Virus record (IMG/VR): IMGVR_UViG_3300027931_000002
Coordinates: 1 to 36,147 of that record
Length of the DNA: 36,147 nt
Direction: 5' to 3' (one strand)
Source: a virus
Position numbers and translations under genes: made by a program. Below, piece by piece: positions 16,580 through 24,491 of the stretch. The notes beneath the pieces were generated by a model. The model saw nothing but the letters and a program-made list of their open reading frames with translations, did no database searches and had not been told where the DNA came from. Every line of letters starts with the position of its first letter. The first letter of the stretch is position 1.

Positions 16580-17575
16580 ATGAGAATTGCATTAGTTCGG
16601 GACTTCAACGATAATAGTTTCAAGAGGCAAGCTGTACTGCTGGAACGTGGTCTTAAGGAATTAGGACATGAGGTTACACCTTTCGATAAAAATAAGACTG
16701 CAAAAGCTAACTTACCGTCAGGGTTTCAGGATTATATTTATTATACAATTTTTAATACTACCTTATTTTGGAAGGGAATTCCTAATTACGGTAAGAATAT
16801 TGTGTTTGAAGTTAGTGACACTGATTCACTAAGTTATACAGCACTTTACTTCTTCAGACAACAGCCTGTTAATGAGATTGTAGTACCATCGCAATGGAGT
16901 AAGAACGCTTTCTTTACCTTAAAGGTACCAATCCCACAAAATATTCACGTTATCCCTCACGCCTTAAATCCCGATATATTTTATTACCCTCCTAAGGAAA
17001 TGCCCCATCCCTGTGTCCTTGCAATATTGCCCCATAGTTGGGATAGAAAGGGTGGGGATGTTGTGGTTAATGTTTTCCGTGAACTAATGAATTCTGGGTA
17101 CCACTTTTACCCTCTTATACTTGTTGCTAATATGCTAGAACCTAGAATAAGGGGAATGAATGCTATAAAGACCCCATTACCTGACCCCGATTATTACAGT
17201 ATTTTCGCCGGGTGTGATATCCTATTTTATCCTGTAAGAGGAGGGGCTTTCGAAATACCCGTTATTGAGGCTTTAGCCTTAGGATTGGATGTAGTAGTTA
17301 CTGAGAAGGGTGCATGGAGTGAGTGGATACTTGATAAGGATGATGTTTATTGGATAAAAGCCCCAAAAAAAGTCAAGTTATGGTATACTAATCCCTTTCA
17401 CGTGGGGTATTTCTTAGACCCAGACCCCGAAGATGCATATCAAAAACTTGTAATAGCATTAGCTAACTGGTCACTTGATAAGAAAAAGGAGAATCTAGAA
17501 AATCGTGCAATACTTTACACAGAAATGTATAACTATCTAAATATTTCAAAAGAGTGGGAGAAACAAGTCCTGTGA
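16580..17575 (+). CDS. Glycosyltransferase (GT-B), 331 aa
   Basis: RGGAFEIPVIEALALGLDVVV is a GT1/GT4 C-terminal motif. The N-terminus MRIALVRD is typical of this fold. Confidence 0.75.
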   Translation: MRIALVRDFNDNSFKRQAVLLERGLKELGHEVTPFDKNKTAKANLPSGFQDYIYYTIFNTTLFWKGIPNYGKNIVFEVSDTDSLSYTALYFFRQQPVNEIVVPSQWSKNAFFTLKVPIPQNIHVIPHALNPDIFYYPPKEMPHPCVLAILPHSWDRKGGDVVVNVFRELMNSGYHFYPLILVANMLEPRIRGMNAIKTPLPDPDYYSIFAGCDILFYPVRGGAFEIPVIEALALGLDVVVTEKGAWSEWILDKDDVYWIKAPKKVKLWYTNPFHVGYFLDPDPEDAYQKLVIALANWSLDKKKENLENRAILYTEMYNYLNISKEWEKQVL

Positions 17576-17581
17576 GTTGCA

Positions 17582-17857
17582 ATGAACTTCGAAATTTATT
17601 ATATAATTTCAAGTTCCTTTTACGTTGTTACTATAGTGTATACTCTGTATAGACTGAGAAAGGTGATTGAGATTCAGCATGAACAAGATACAAAAAAGCA
17701 GTTTGATGAATATGTCCATTCTGAAGAATTCCGAAATTTACTTATTGAAGCGATAAATCAAAGTGATATGAATAAGAAACTTAACTTGATTGTCCTAGCT
17801 CTTTGTACTCATGTACCTGAGTTAAAGAAATCTAAAATATGTGAAGAAGGGTTATAA
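17582..17857 (+). CDS. Small protein with N-terminal TM helix and helical C-terminus, 91 aa (egress-pyramid candidate)
   Basis: IYYIISSSFYVVTIVYTLY is a TM-like segment followed by a charged helical region. This architecture matches the pyramid-forming proteins of archaeal viruses. Confidence 0.55.
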   Translation: MNFEIYYIISSSFYVVTIVYTLYRLRKVIEIQHEQDTKKQFDEYVHSEEFRNLLIEAINQSDMNKKLNLIVLALCTHVPELKKSKICEEGL

Positions 17858-17877
17858 AAAAAATAGTTTTAACTTTT

Positions 17878-18093
17878 TTAGAGACCTAAGTAGCCTAGGA
17901 ATGAACCGACGAATGGTAGACTTGATGCGAATTTGGTTATAACTCCTACTATTATTCCTGCTACCGCTAATGCTACGAATATGTCTGCATTGTTTGCTAT
18001 GAAGTTCGCTACTCCAGCTAAGAAATTAGTTATTGCTGATACTAATGATGTTACTACTGAAGTTAAGGCAGATGCAACATTTGCGTAGGACAT
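17878..18093 (-). CDS. Small very hydrophobic Ala/Val/Gly-rich membrane protein, 71 aa (envelope candidate)
   Basis: ORF track entry. It has a class II TGTATCCA promoter like the capsid gene. Confidence 0.6.
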   Translation of the reverse strand: MSYANVASALTSVVTSLVSAITNFLAGVANFIANNADIFVALAVAGIIVGVITKFASSLPFVGSFLGYLGL

Positions 18094-18148
18094 CTATCTG
18101 TCCCCGTATTCAATGTTTGTACGATATATAAAATATCTAGTGGATACA
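18094..18148 (-). promoter_or_regulatory. Class II promoter: TGTATCCA (18148->18141) - CTAGAT - ATTTTATATATCG - about 35 nt - ATG 18093
   Basis: Here the motif lies immediately upstream of the TATA-like box. The geometry matches 20780-20830. Confidence 0.55.
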
Positions 18149-18184
18149 ACAAATAATAAAAACTTGATTGATGATTGTATATAA

Positions 18185-19060
18185 ATGAAAGCATACGTCC
18201 CATGCGAGAATTGTAGCTATTACCAAGTTGCTCTTTATGAAGGGTATCAGATTACTCATGACCCATTTGAAGCAGATGTTTGTATTGATGACCCTATACT
18301 CTTTTTAAAAAGGTTTAGATTTGTTACTGATATAAATTGCGTATTATGGGGTGATACTGTATATGATGTGTTACGTTATTTTGGAGAATTAAGGCATTAC
18401 GATAATTTCGTAGTACCATCTCGTTGGAATTATATGATGTTTCACAAAATAGATTTAACACCTAAAGCCGTCATTAAAAGGCATATAAAACCTATCTTCC
18501 CTAATATGAAAAAGGATAAATTATTTGTAACCCTAGGAGAATCACGTTATTTTGATAGGAAGAACCTACTCCTTGTTGACGAAATTACTAGGGAATTTAA
18601 CGTTAGGGATAAGACTATTATTGTAGGTAATTTAGGAAATCCCGACTACAGTACTTTCAGTTTAACTGAAGAACAGAAATACGAGCTTTACGCTAGGGCT
18701 AAGTTCTTTTTAGCCCTGTCTAAGAGTGAAGGTTTCGGGCTACCTCCTATTGAAGCCATGGCTGTTGGTGTTGTGCCAATATACTTGAACGCACATGGTT
18801 ATAAGGAAAATTTAGTAGGTTTACCTATAGAACCGATAGAGACGGACACTCTTTGTACTGATAATAAGCATTGTTTTAAGATATGGGAATTTTCTAAACG
18901 TGAGCTAAAATATGAGATACAACACGCTCTTACTATGTCAAAAGATGAATATGAAGATTTAAGTGAAAAAGTTAAAATTAAATCTAGAGAGTATTATGCC
19001 TCAATGGAACCCTTCGATATTTATAAAGTTATTAGATTACGCAAGGAGGAATGGGATTGA
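18185..19060 (+). CDS. Glycosyltransferase (GT-B, GT4-like) with N-terminal 4-Cys module
   Basis: Motif SKSEGFGLPPIEAMAVGVVPIY plus N-terminal PCENCSY. Third member of the paralogous trio. Confidence 0.8.
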   Translation: MKAYVPCENCSYYQVALYEGYQITHDPFEADVCIDDPILFLKRFRFVTDINCVLWGDTVYDVLRYFGELRHYDNFVVPSRWNYMMFHKIDLTPKAVIKRHIKPIFPNMKKDKLFVTLGESRYFDRKNLLLVDEITREFNVRDKTIIVGNLGNPDYSTFSLTEEQKYELYARAKFFLALSKSEGFGLPPIEAMAVGVVPIYLNAHGYKENLVGLPIEPIETDTLCTDNKHCFKIWEFSKRELKYEIQHALTMSKDEYEDLSEKVKIKSREYYASMEPFDIYKVIRLRKEEWD

Positions 19061-19643
19061 ACGTAGGTATAATACTTACTATATTAAGGGAGTCGCATTA
19101 GTCCAGTGCAACGAAGTTTCTATTAATGTAACTGTAGCTAAAGACCATTTACACATGTTCTATGACCCTATAGTCAACATGTATTCTGCCTATAGTATGC
19201 CCTTCTTTTACCAATACCCTAATGCTCAGCAACTTTATACTGAGGCTAAGAGATTATGCAGTGAACTTGAAAAGATGGTTTCAGGTGTTGTAGTCTCTCC
19301 TCCTTCTACGCCTCCTAAGAATGCCGATTCAGACCTTGATAGGATAATCTTATCATTATCTCTTAGGAGTGATAGAGCAATAACTAAAGGTACTGAGTAC
19401 CATAGGGCAAAGGATTACGTTAAATCGAGGTACCCAGAGTGCTATGAGATAGTGAAATATTTAGGAATTAAAAAAGAGACGGTCAAATTCATGGAATCAA
19501 TTTTTGCAAAACAGTGGGATATTGCAGAAAACACGCTTACATTGTTGGCTATGGAATGCACGGAACCGGAATGTGTAAGCAGAGTAGGAAAGTTTATTGA
19601 CCAGTGTAGAGAAGTTATAACTAAGAAGGAGGTGCGTGAATAA
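18996..19643 (+). CDS. Hypothetical protein, about 215 aa
   Basis: The track ORF starts at GTG 18963. The first ATG is at 18996. It overlaps the end of the glycosyltransferase gene and the true start is uncertain. Confidence 0.5.
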   Translation: MPQWNPSIFIKLLDYARRNGIERRYNTYYIKGVALVQCNEVSINVTVAKDHLHMFYDPIVNMYSAYSMPFFYQYPNAQQLYTEAKRLCSELEKMVSGVVVSPPSTPPKNADSDLDRIILSLSLRSDRAITKGTEYHRAKDYVKSRYPECYEIVKYLGIKKETVKFMESIFAKQWDIAENTLTLLAMECTEPECVSRVGKFIDQCREVITKKEVRE

Positions 19644-19644
19644 T

Positions 19645-20133
19645 ATGAACACTTATGAAATGACTAAGAAAATTTATAATGGGTATGGAGAATCAGGTAA
19701 ACATTATGTTTGTTTGAACGGTTTTGATTATGAGTTCTCTAATGAGTATAATCGTAAATATGAACTTTGTACAAGTACATTTGATGTTATCCTAGCTTAC
19801 CTAAAGATTTATGACCCCAAAACCCTATTTGTCCCTCAATTATTGACAAGACTTGGTTATGCATCAGCGTCAATGATAGAAGTCAAACCTCCATTTTTAC
19901 TTACAAACAATGCTGTATTTATATGGTTGGGTAGGGAATTATTCTATCATGATGAGGCTCAAATAGTAAAAACCAGGACTGGTTATAATGATAACGGTGA
20001 GCCTATTATAAAAGTGAATATAAAATACGACATGAACCCCATGAGCCTAGAGGCTATTTCGTGGTGCCTTAAGTTAGCGTTCATGTATAATAAGCCGGTC
20101 AATTGTGGCGTATATGGGGTGCTTTACGAATGA
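19645..20133 (+). CDS. Hypothetical protein, 162 aa
   Basis: SD-like AAGGAGGTG (19625-19633) lies about 11 nt upstream of ATG 19645. Confidence 0.6.
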   Translation: MNTYEMTKKIYNGYGESGKHYVCLNGFDYEFSNEYNRKYELCTSTFDVILAYLKIYDPKTLFVPQLLTRLGYASASMIEVKPPFLLTNNAVFIWLGRELFYHDEAQIVKTRTGYNDNGEPIIKVNIKYDMNPMSLEAISWCLKLAFMYNKPVNCGVYGVLYE

Positions 20134-20354
20134 GTTTATGTTTGAGGGAAATTGGTAACAAGAAAGTACTTTATATTCCAAAGTCACTTGAGGATAACTT
20201 TATAGAAGGTCATATTTACCCCGTAATTGTCGATAATAAAATCGTAGGTCTTAAGTGTATAAGGACTGCAAAGAGAAAAGTACTTTATATCCCATCACAG
20301 TTGGAAGAATTATTTCGTGAGGGGTGTTATTCGTTTGCGTATATCAGAGCTTAA
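20130..20354 (+). CDS. AbrB/SpoVT-like DNA-binding protein with internal duplication, 74 aa
   Basis: ATGA overlap with the upstream gene. It has two swapped-hairpin-like halves: [24 protein letters not shown] and [24 protein letters not shown]. Confidence 0.6.
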   Translation: MSLCLREIGNKKVLYIPKSLEDNFIEGHIYPVIVDNKIVGLKCIRTAKRKVLYIPSQLEELFREGCYSFAYIRA

Positions 20355-20372
20355 ACGTTTGAATGTATCGAG

Positions 20373-20400
20373 AATTAGTTTTTCCACATCAACTAATTTT
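20373..20400 (+). terminator. Hairpin plus T-run after 20130..20354
   Basis: AATTAGTT (20373-20380) and AACTAATT (20391-20398) form an 8-bp stem with a 10-nt loop, followed by TT. It sits in a convergent intergenic region. Archaeal termination mainly needs oligo-T, so this call is weak. Confidence 0.25.
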
Positions 20401-20498
20401 AATACGGGTTATTATAGTATACCCAACATATCCATATCAGTGAGCTATGTCCCGAAACGGTATGACGGAGTCGTATATAACCCTGTTATGAATAATTA

Positions 20499-20768
20499 CT
20501 AATCACATATCTTCAAGTTTAGAACTTTCACTTTCTTTGATGGAGGAGGGTATTCAGTAAATAGCCTCTTGACAAATTCTCTTGGCGTTATTTTTCCCGA
20601 GTCAAGCTCGTCTAGCAAAATAAGCAGTCTCTCTTTAGTTTTAGGCACTACTCTAGTTTGGTCTAGAAGCATGTAAGCAATCCTTATTGCCTGAGGTATC
20701 GAGTATTTCTTAGAATTAGCTAATAGCAGGTATACGCACCTAACAAACTGTGTCTTTGTTAACGCCAT
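20499..20768 (-). CDS. Hypothetical protein, 89 aa
   Basis: ORF track entry, divergent from the capsid gene promoter region. Confidence 0.55.
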   Translation of the reverse strand: MALTKTQFVRCVYLLLANSKKYSIPQAIRIAYMLLDQTRVVPKTKERLLILLDELDSGKITPREFVKRLFTEYPPPSKKVKVLNLKICD

Positions 20769-20779
20769 ACATTATTATA

Positions 20780-20830
20780 TGTATCCAAATATTTATATAT
20801 TACGTTTTATAGATATACACGTGATGTAGT
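20780..20830 (+). promoter_or_regulatory. Class II promoter: TGTATCCA (20780-20787) - AAT - ATTTATATATTA - about 28 nt - ATG 20831
   Basis: The motif lies directly upstream of the strongest TATA-like box in the region. The predicted 5' UTR is about 9 nt. Confidence 0.6.
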
Positions 20831-21445
20831 ATGGCTGGTAGACAGTCTCATAGAAAGCAGGATACAAGGAATGATACATCGACTAGGTATAAGGGCAAAC
20901 TCTACGGCATATTTATTAATTACATGGGAGAGAAGTATGCTCAGGAACTTGTAGAGCAAATGTATGCTAATTACAGGGATGTATTTGAAGAGATTTATAC
21001 TAAAATCCACAATAACTTGAGACCTACTTTAGTTAAACTTGCAGGTGCAGGTGCCACATTCCCATTATGGCAAATTATTAATGAAAGTATCTATGCTGTC
21101 TATTTAACACATAAGGAAACTGCTTCATTTCTTGTGACTAAGTACTTAAGTAGGGGTATTCCTGCAAGTACCATTAAGAAAATACTAGCTGAGGTGGGCA
21201 ATCAACTTAAGGAGTTAGTTCCCGCTGTAGCTGAACAGCTCAGTGGTGTCACATTAGATGAATCTAATGTAGTAACAACGCTCGATAACATAGTAACTAA
21301 AATGCCAGCACTACCCAACTCCTATGCAGGTACCTTAATGAAGAGTAGGGTACCCACTGCACCTCCACATTATGCAGGAACTAAGACATTTAGTAACATT
21401 GAGTCCACGTATAAGGCATTAGAGGATATAGAAAAAGGTTTGTGA
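20831..21445 (+). CDS. Major capsid protein candidate 1 (204 aa)
   Basis: Basic N-terminal arm (MAGRQSHRKQDTRNDTSTRYKGK) followed by a helix-rich body. It is adjacent to a second such gene, the paired arrangement known for lipothrixvirus nucleocapsid heterodimers. Confidence 0.7.
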   Translation: MAGRQSHRKQDTRNDTSTRYKGKLYGIFINYMGEKYAQELVEQMYANYRDVFEEIYTKIHNNLRPTLVKLAGAGATFPLWQIINESIYAVYLTHKETASFLVTKYLSRGIPASTIKKILAEVGNQLKELVPAVAEQLSGVTLDESNVVTTLDNIVTKMPALPNSYAGTLMKSRVPTAPPHYAGTKTFSNIESTYKALEDIEKGL

Positions 21446-21456
21446 GGTGGTGAAAG

Positions 21457-21957
21457 GTGGCGAGAAGGAATAGGAGATTAAGTTCTGCTTCAGTTTACAG
21501 ATACTACCTGAAAAGATATACAATGAACCTAGGAACTACAGGACACATGTTGGCAAAGGAAATTACATATAATCCTGAGGCGATGAAAGCAATTTCTAAG
21601 TTGTCAGAACAGGAAACTTATAATTGGCTAACAGATTACACACCATCACATTTGGCAAAAGAAGTAGTAAAGAATATCGCCGAAAAATACAATATTCCCG
21701 GCACATTCCAAGGATTATTGATGGCATTTGCTGAGAAAGTACTTGCGAATTACATATTAGATTACAAAGGAGAACCATTAGTAGAAATGCACCACAACTT
21801 CCTGTGGGAACTAATGCAGAGGACTACAACTACTACAGTTACAGGAACATCTGGATACTTATATACGTTTATAGGTAAGAGCGGGAAACCGTATACTGTT
21901 GATATGAGTAAAATACTAACAGAAATCGAGAACGAATTGTTCAAGTTATTAAAGTAA
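21457..21957 (+). CDS. Major capsid protein candidate 2 (166 aa, GTG start)
   Basis: SD-like GAGGTGGTGA lies upstream of GTG 21457. Basic N-terminus (ARRNRRLSSASVYRYYLKRY) and helical body. Confidence 0.7.
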   Translation: MARRNRRLSSASVYRYYLKRYTMNLGTTGHMLAKEITYNPEAMKAISKLSEQETYNWLTDYTPSHLAKEVVKNIAEKYNIPGTFQGLLMAFAEKVLANYILDYKGEPLVEMHHNFLWELMQRTTTTTVTGTSGYLYTFIGKSGKPYTVDMSKILTEIENELFKLLK

Positions 21958-21958
21958 C

Positions 21959-21989
21959 TTTTTTTTACTCTGTATCCATTTTTTAAGAT
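21959..21989 (+). promoter_or_regulatory. Class I promoter: T-run/TTTTTTAC - TC - TGTATCCA (21971-21978) - N11 - ATG 21990
   Basis: Same 19-nt motif-to-ATG spacing as at 993 and 4392. Confidence 0.6.
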
Positions 21990-22526
21990 ATGGATAAAAT
22001 AAAACTAAAAGGTTCAGTTGCTTACGTTTACAAGGTTTTTGTTGAATCTCTGAAGAAAGCAGGTATAGAAACCGTTAGCGGAGCATTGAATGAAAATGCA
22101 GTAGTAGTTGGCGTACCGTTTAGTAAATTTGCTGACCTTATAACGGCAGAAATTAACAAGGATATTTGGGAGCAAAAAATCAAAAACGGGAAATTATTCC
22201 TTGTAGGTATGAAAGAACTAGTTGATGAGGATGTGAAAACTGTTAACAATAAATTACTTTCAAAACTAAAGAAAATAGGAGTCGACGCTAGTGCTTATAT
22301 TACTGACGATGGAGATGCTGTGGTAATGGTATCTCTCATTGATGTAATACTGAGAATTCTAGAAAAAACCTTACAGGAAACTAAGGCAAGGGCAAGTAAT
22401 CACATGAGGGCTTTAAGAGTAAAATTTGGAAATGATGATGATTATGCTTATATTATAATTTACACAAGAAGCTCACAAAAAGACACACTAACTAGTAAAA
22501 TAGAGGAGGTGTTGAAAGGTGAGTGA
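21990..22526 (+). CDS. Hypothetical protein, 178 aa
   Basis: ORF track entry. The leaderless-type start is set by the class I promoter. Confidence 0.65.
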   Translation: MDKIKLKGSVAYVYKVFVESLKKAGIETVSGALNENAVVVGVPFSKFADLITAEINKDIWEQKIKNGKLFLVGMKELVDEDVKTVNNKLLSKLKKIGVDASAYITDDGDAVVMVSLIDVILRILEKTLQETKARASNHMRALRVKFGNDDDYAYIIIYTRSSQKDTLTSKIEEVLKGE

Positions 22527-22893
22527 AAATCAACAACAAGACTTGGCAAAAAGAGTTGAGGAACTGGAAAAGAAAGTCCAAGAACTTACTGAACAGTTGG
22601 AGAAGACTAAAAATGCCGTGAAGACGGTAGCTGGTATTCTTGATAACCATTTGAAGGGTAAATGGACACTGGAAGATATTCAGATGGCTCTTAATCACAT
22701 TAACGAAATGATTCAGTTACTTACTCAGGCTGGGATAATAAGACCAGGTGGTGAAGGAGGAGGGAATTGGTTACAGATGATGCTAGCACAACAAATGTTA
22801 ACACAGAAACAGACACAGAACGACGTAGAAGTTGAGCCATTAAAAAAGAAATCAAAGAAAAAATTAAAAAAATTCCTTGAGGAAGAAGAATGA
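22519..22893 (+). CDS. Coiled-coil protein with Lys-rich C-terminus, 124 aa (GTG start)
   Basis: SD-like GAGGAGGTG lies upstream. Heptad-like LAKRVEELEKKVQELTEQLEKTKNAV. Confidence 0.6.
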   Translation: MSENQQQDLAKRVEELEKKVQELTEQLEKTKNAVKTVAGILDNHLKGKWTLEDIQMALNHINEMIQLLTQAGIIRPGGEGGGNWLQMMLAQQMLTQKQTQNDVEVEPLKKKSKKKLKKFLEEEE

Positions 22894-22894
22894 T

Positions 22895-23263
22895 TTAAAA
22901 AATAGACTGTAGTTCTTTTCTAGCCCTCTTTTCTAATTCTCCAGACCAGAATTCCTTATAACTAGGTATCATTGCCTTTAAGATATAAAGAGCATTAACT
23001 AAATAAGCGGGATTACCATTTTCCGCATATTTTCTAATCTCTACGATATTGCTTTCATCTTTCCCTATATACAGTTTACCACCCTTTATTATCAATAAAT
23101 TTCTGTCTTCATCAACTATGATTCCTGTTGTGTAATTGGTACCACTAGGTAATTGGCTTTCTATTTCGTTGATTAAACTACCTACATAATCCTCGCTTGG
23201 CTTTTGAGGGAGCTGAAACTCTTCTTCCTCCTCTTTTTCCTCATTCTCCTGGTTTTCGCTCAT
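22895..23263 (-). CDS. Hypothetical protein with acidic N-terminus, 122 aa
   Basis: The start is moved to ATG 23263 (MSENQENEEKEEEEE...) because the class I promoter predicts it. The track start at 23350 remains possible. Confidence 0.55.
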   Translation of the reverse strand: MSENQENEEKEEEEEFQLPQKPSEDYVGSLINEIESQLPSGTNYTTGIIVDEDRNLLIIKGGKLYIGKDESNIVEIRKYAENGNPAYLVNALYILKAMIPSYKEFWSGELEKRARKELQSIF

Positions 23264-23293
23264 AGGATAAGGTATGGATACAAAATATTTAAA
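23264..23293 (-). promoter_or_regulatory. Class I promoter (minus strand): TTTAAATA - TTT - TGTATCCA (23282->23275) - N11 - ATG 23263
   Basis: The reverse complement of 23264-23297 reads AAAATTTAAATATTTTGTATCCATACCTTATCCT followed by ATG. The spacing is identical to the plus-strand copies. Confidence 0.6.
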
Positions 23294-23427
23294 TTTTGCT
23301 GTTCCGATTATGTACGTATGAGGATTGTAGAAGAAGGGTGGGTTGGGCATGAAAATCTGAAAGTTAAATACGCAATAGTGGAAGAAATACCAGAAAAATT
23401 ATACCACATAATTTGTCCTTCTTTGCA

Positions 23428-24207
23428 TTATTTTGAATATTGCTTTGACTTGAACCAATGCCGTAAAATAGCCCTTAGTTTGTCAGAGAAAGTTAAAGAC
23501 TTTTTATACGTGTAAAGTACGTTGAAATGAATAGCGTCTTCTCCCATTACACTATATCTTAGATAATTAAAGTAAACACGCTTGTGGTCATCACCTAGTA
23601 TGAACTGTAGGTCAAATAACTCCTTTGTAGGTAAGGGGTCTTTTAACACGATAAGGATATGAATATGCTTTCCCGATGGTGAATATTCCCACCAGGCTTC
23701 TTGTTCCCAGTAACCTAAGCCGTGTAATACTTGTAGTTTCTTCTCTAGTAGCCATTGTGGGTCATAAAATACGGTGTCAACATCAATATCCAATTTAATT
23801 ATTTGATTTGCACTTACCATGTATACTCCCCCCCGTCTCCAGGATATCGATGATACCATGCGATTCTCTTGCCCGTAGCACCCCCATACCACACCCCCTC
23901 GTCCTCCAGTAAAGGTAATACTTGAATACCAAAGAAGTCTAATATCATGTCCTCCAATTCCTCTTCCATTTCCTTGATTTGCTCCTTCTCTTTCTCCTTT
24001 TTTAAAGGTAAACAAATAGTTCCCTCCACGAATAAAGGATGGCTCCATTCGTTGTAGCGGAACGATAATGTAACACATACTGTCTGTGCCGTATTTTTCT
24101 TCACCGATGTTTTTGACGTATGGGATATATCTGATGGGGATTTGCTCAAGTGTCCTCACCTTAAAGTCAATGTACCAGCCCTTTTTTACTACCTGAGCTA
24201 TCAACAT
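23428..24207 (-). CDS. ORF259: C-terminal 130 aa is HUH/Rep-like (alternatively AEP-like); the frame of the central part is ambiguous
   Basis: The ORF is uninterrupted, with a 7-nt overlap with the upstream RHH gene. An internal ATG at 23820 (MVSANQ...) is preceded by a G-rich SD-like run. The C-terminal part has IIKLDIDVD, SGKHIHILIV (H-hydrophobic-H) and VLYTYKK (YxxK). Confidence 0.5.
   Translation of the reverse strand: MLIAQVVKKGWYIDFKVRTLEQIPIRYIPYVKNIGEEKYGTDSMCYIIVPLQRMEPSFIRGGNYLFTFKKGEREGANQGNGRGIGGHDIRLLWYSSITFTGGRGGVVWGCYGQENRMVSSISWRRGGVYMVSANQIIKLDIDVDTVFYDPQWLLEKKLQVLHGLGYWEQEAWWEYSPSGKHIHILIVLKDPLPTKELFDLQFILGDDHKRVYFNYLRYSVMGEDAIHFNVLYTYKKSLTFSDKLRAILRHWFKSKQYSK
23814..24149 (-). 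other. Alternative-frame ORF (111 aa) fully inside ORF259
   Basis: This frame gives ...KKEKEKEQIKEMEEELEDMILDFFGIQVLPLLEDEGVWYGGATGKRIAWYHRYPGDGGEYTW. Its stop overlaps ATG 23820 as ATGGTAA. It is bounded by an A6 run (23998-24003) and a G7 run (23828-23834) on the coding strand. Confidence 0.3.
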
Positions 24208-24491
24208 AACTTTTCAGCCTTAGCTTTGATTAACCTTCTTAACGTTTCAGACCTTGAAATTTCGTATTTTTTAGATAGTAAATCCAATTTTACCAAAGTG
24301 TCCTCAGACATTTTTATACTGAACCCCCTTAAAGATTCTAATGACAAATCATTAACATTAAGAATTTTTTCATTACATTCATCAACCATCTTATTTAATA
24401 TCTTGTCATAATTATTTCTATATTGTTTTATCATTTTTAAAAAATCAATGTCGCTTGGTCTAACTTTTAATGTAACTGCTCTTAGTACCAT
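24201..24491 (-). CDS. Double ribbon-helix-helix (RHH) DNA-binding protein, 96 aa
   Basis: Two RHH-like units: AVTLKVRPSDIDFLKMIKQY... and FSIKMSEDTLVKLDLLSKKYEISRSETLRRLI. Confidence 0.65.
   Translation of the reverse strand: MVLRAVTLKVRPSDIDFLKMIKQYRNNYDKILNKMVDECNEKILNVNDLSLESLRGFSIKMSEDTLVKLDLLSKKYEISRSETLRRLIKAKAEKLC

Noticed and set aside
20317-20502. 61-aa ORF (GTG start) filling the convergent gap between 20130..20354 and 20499..20768
   Set aside because: It overlaps the end of the AbrB-like gene, has no promoter or SD, and contains a terminator-like hairpin (20373-20398). I treat the 144-bp gap as non-coding, though with low certainty.
23828-23905. G-quadruplex potential on the minus strand (G7, G3, G5, G5 runs)
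   Set aside because: Only three G-tracts lie within short loops, and the fourth is about 37 nt away. The G-richness is better discussed with the dual-frame and homopolymer observation.
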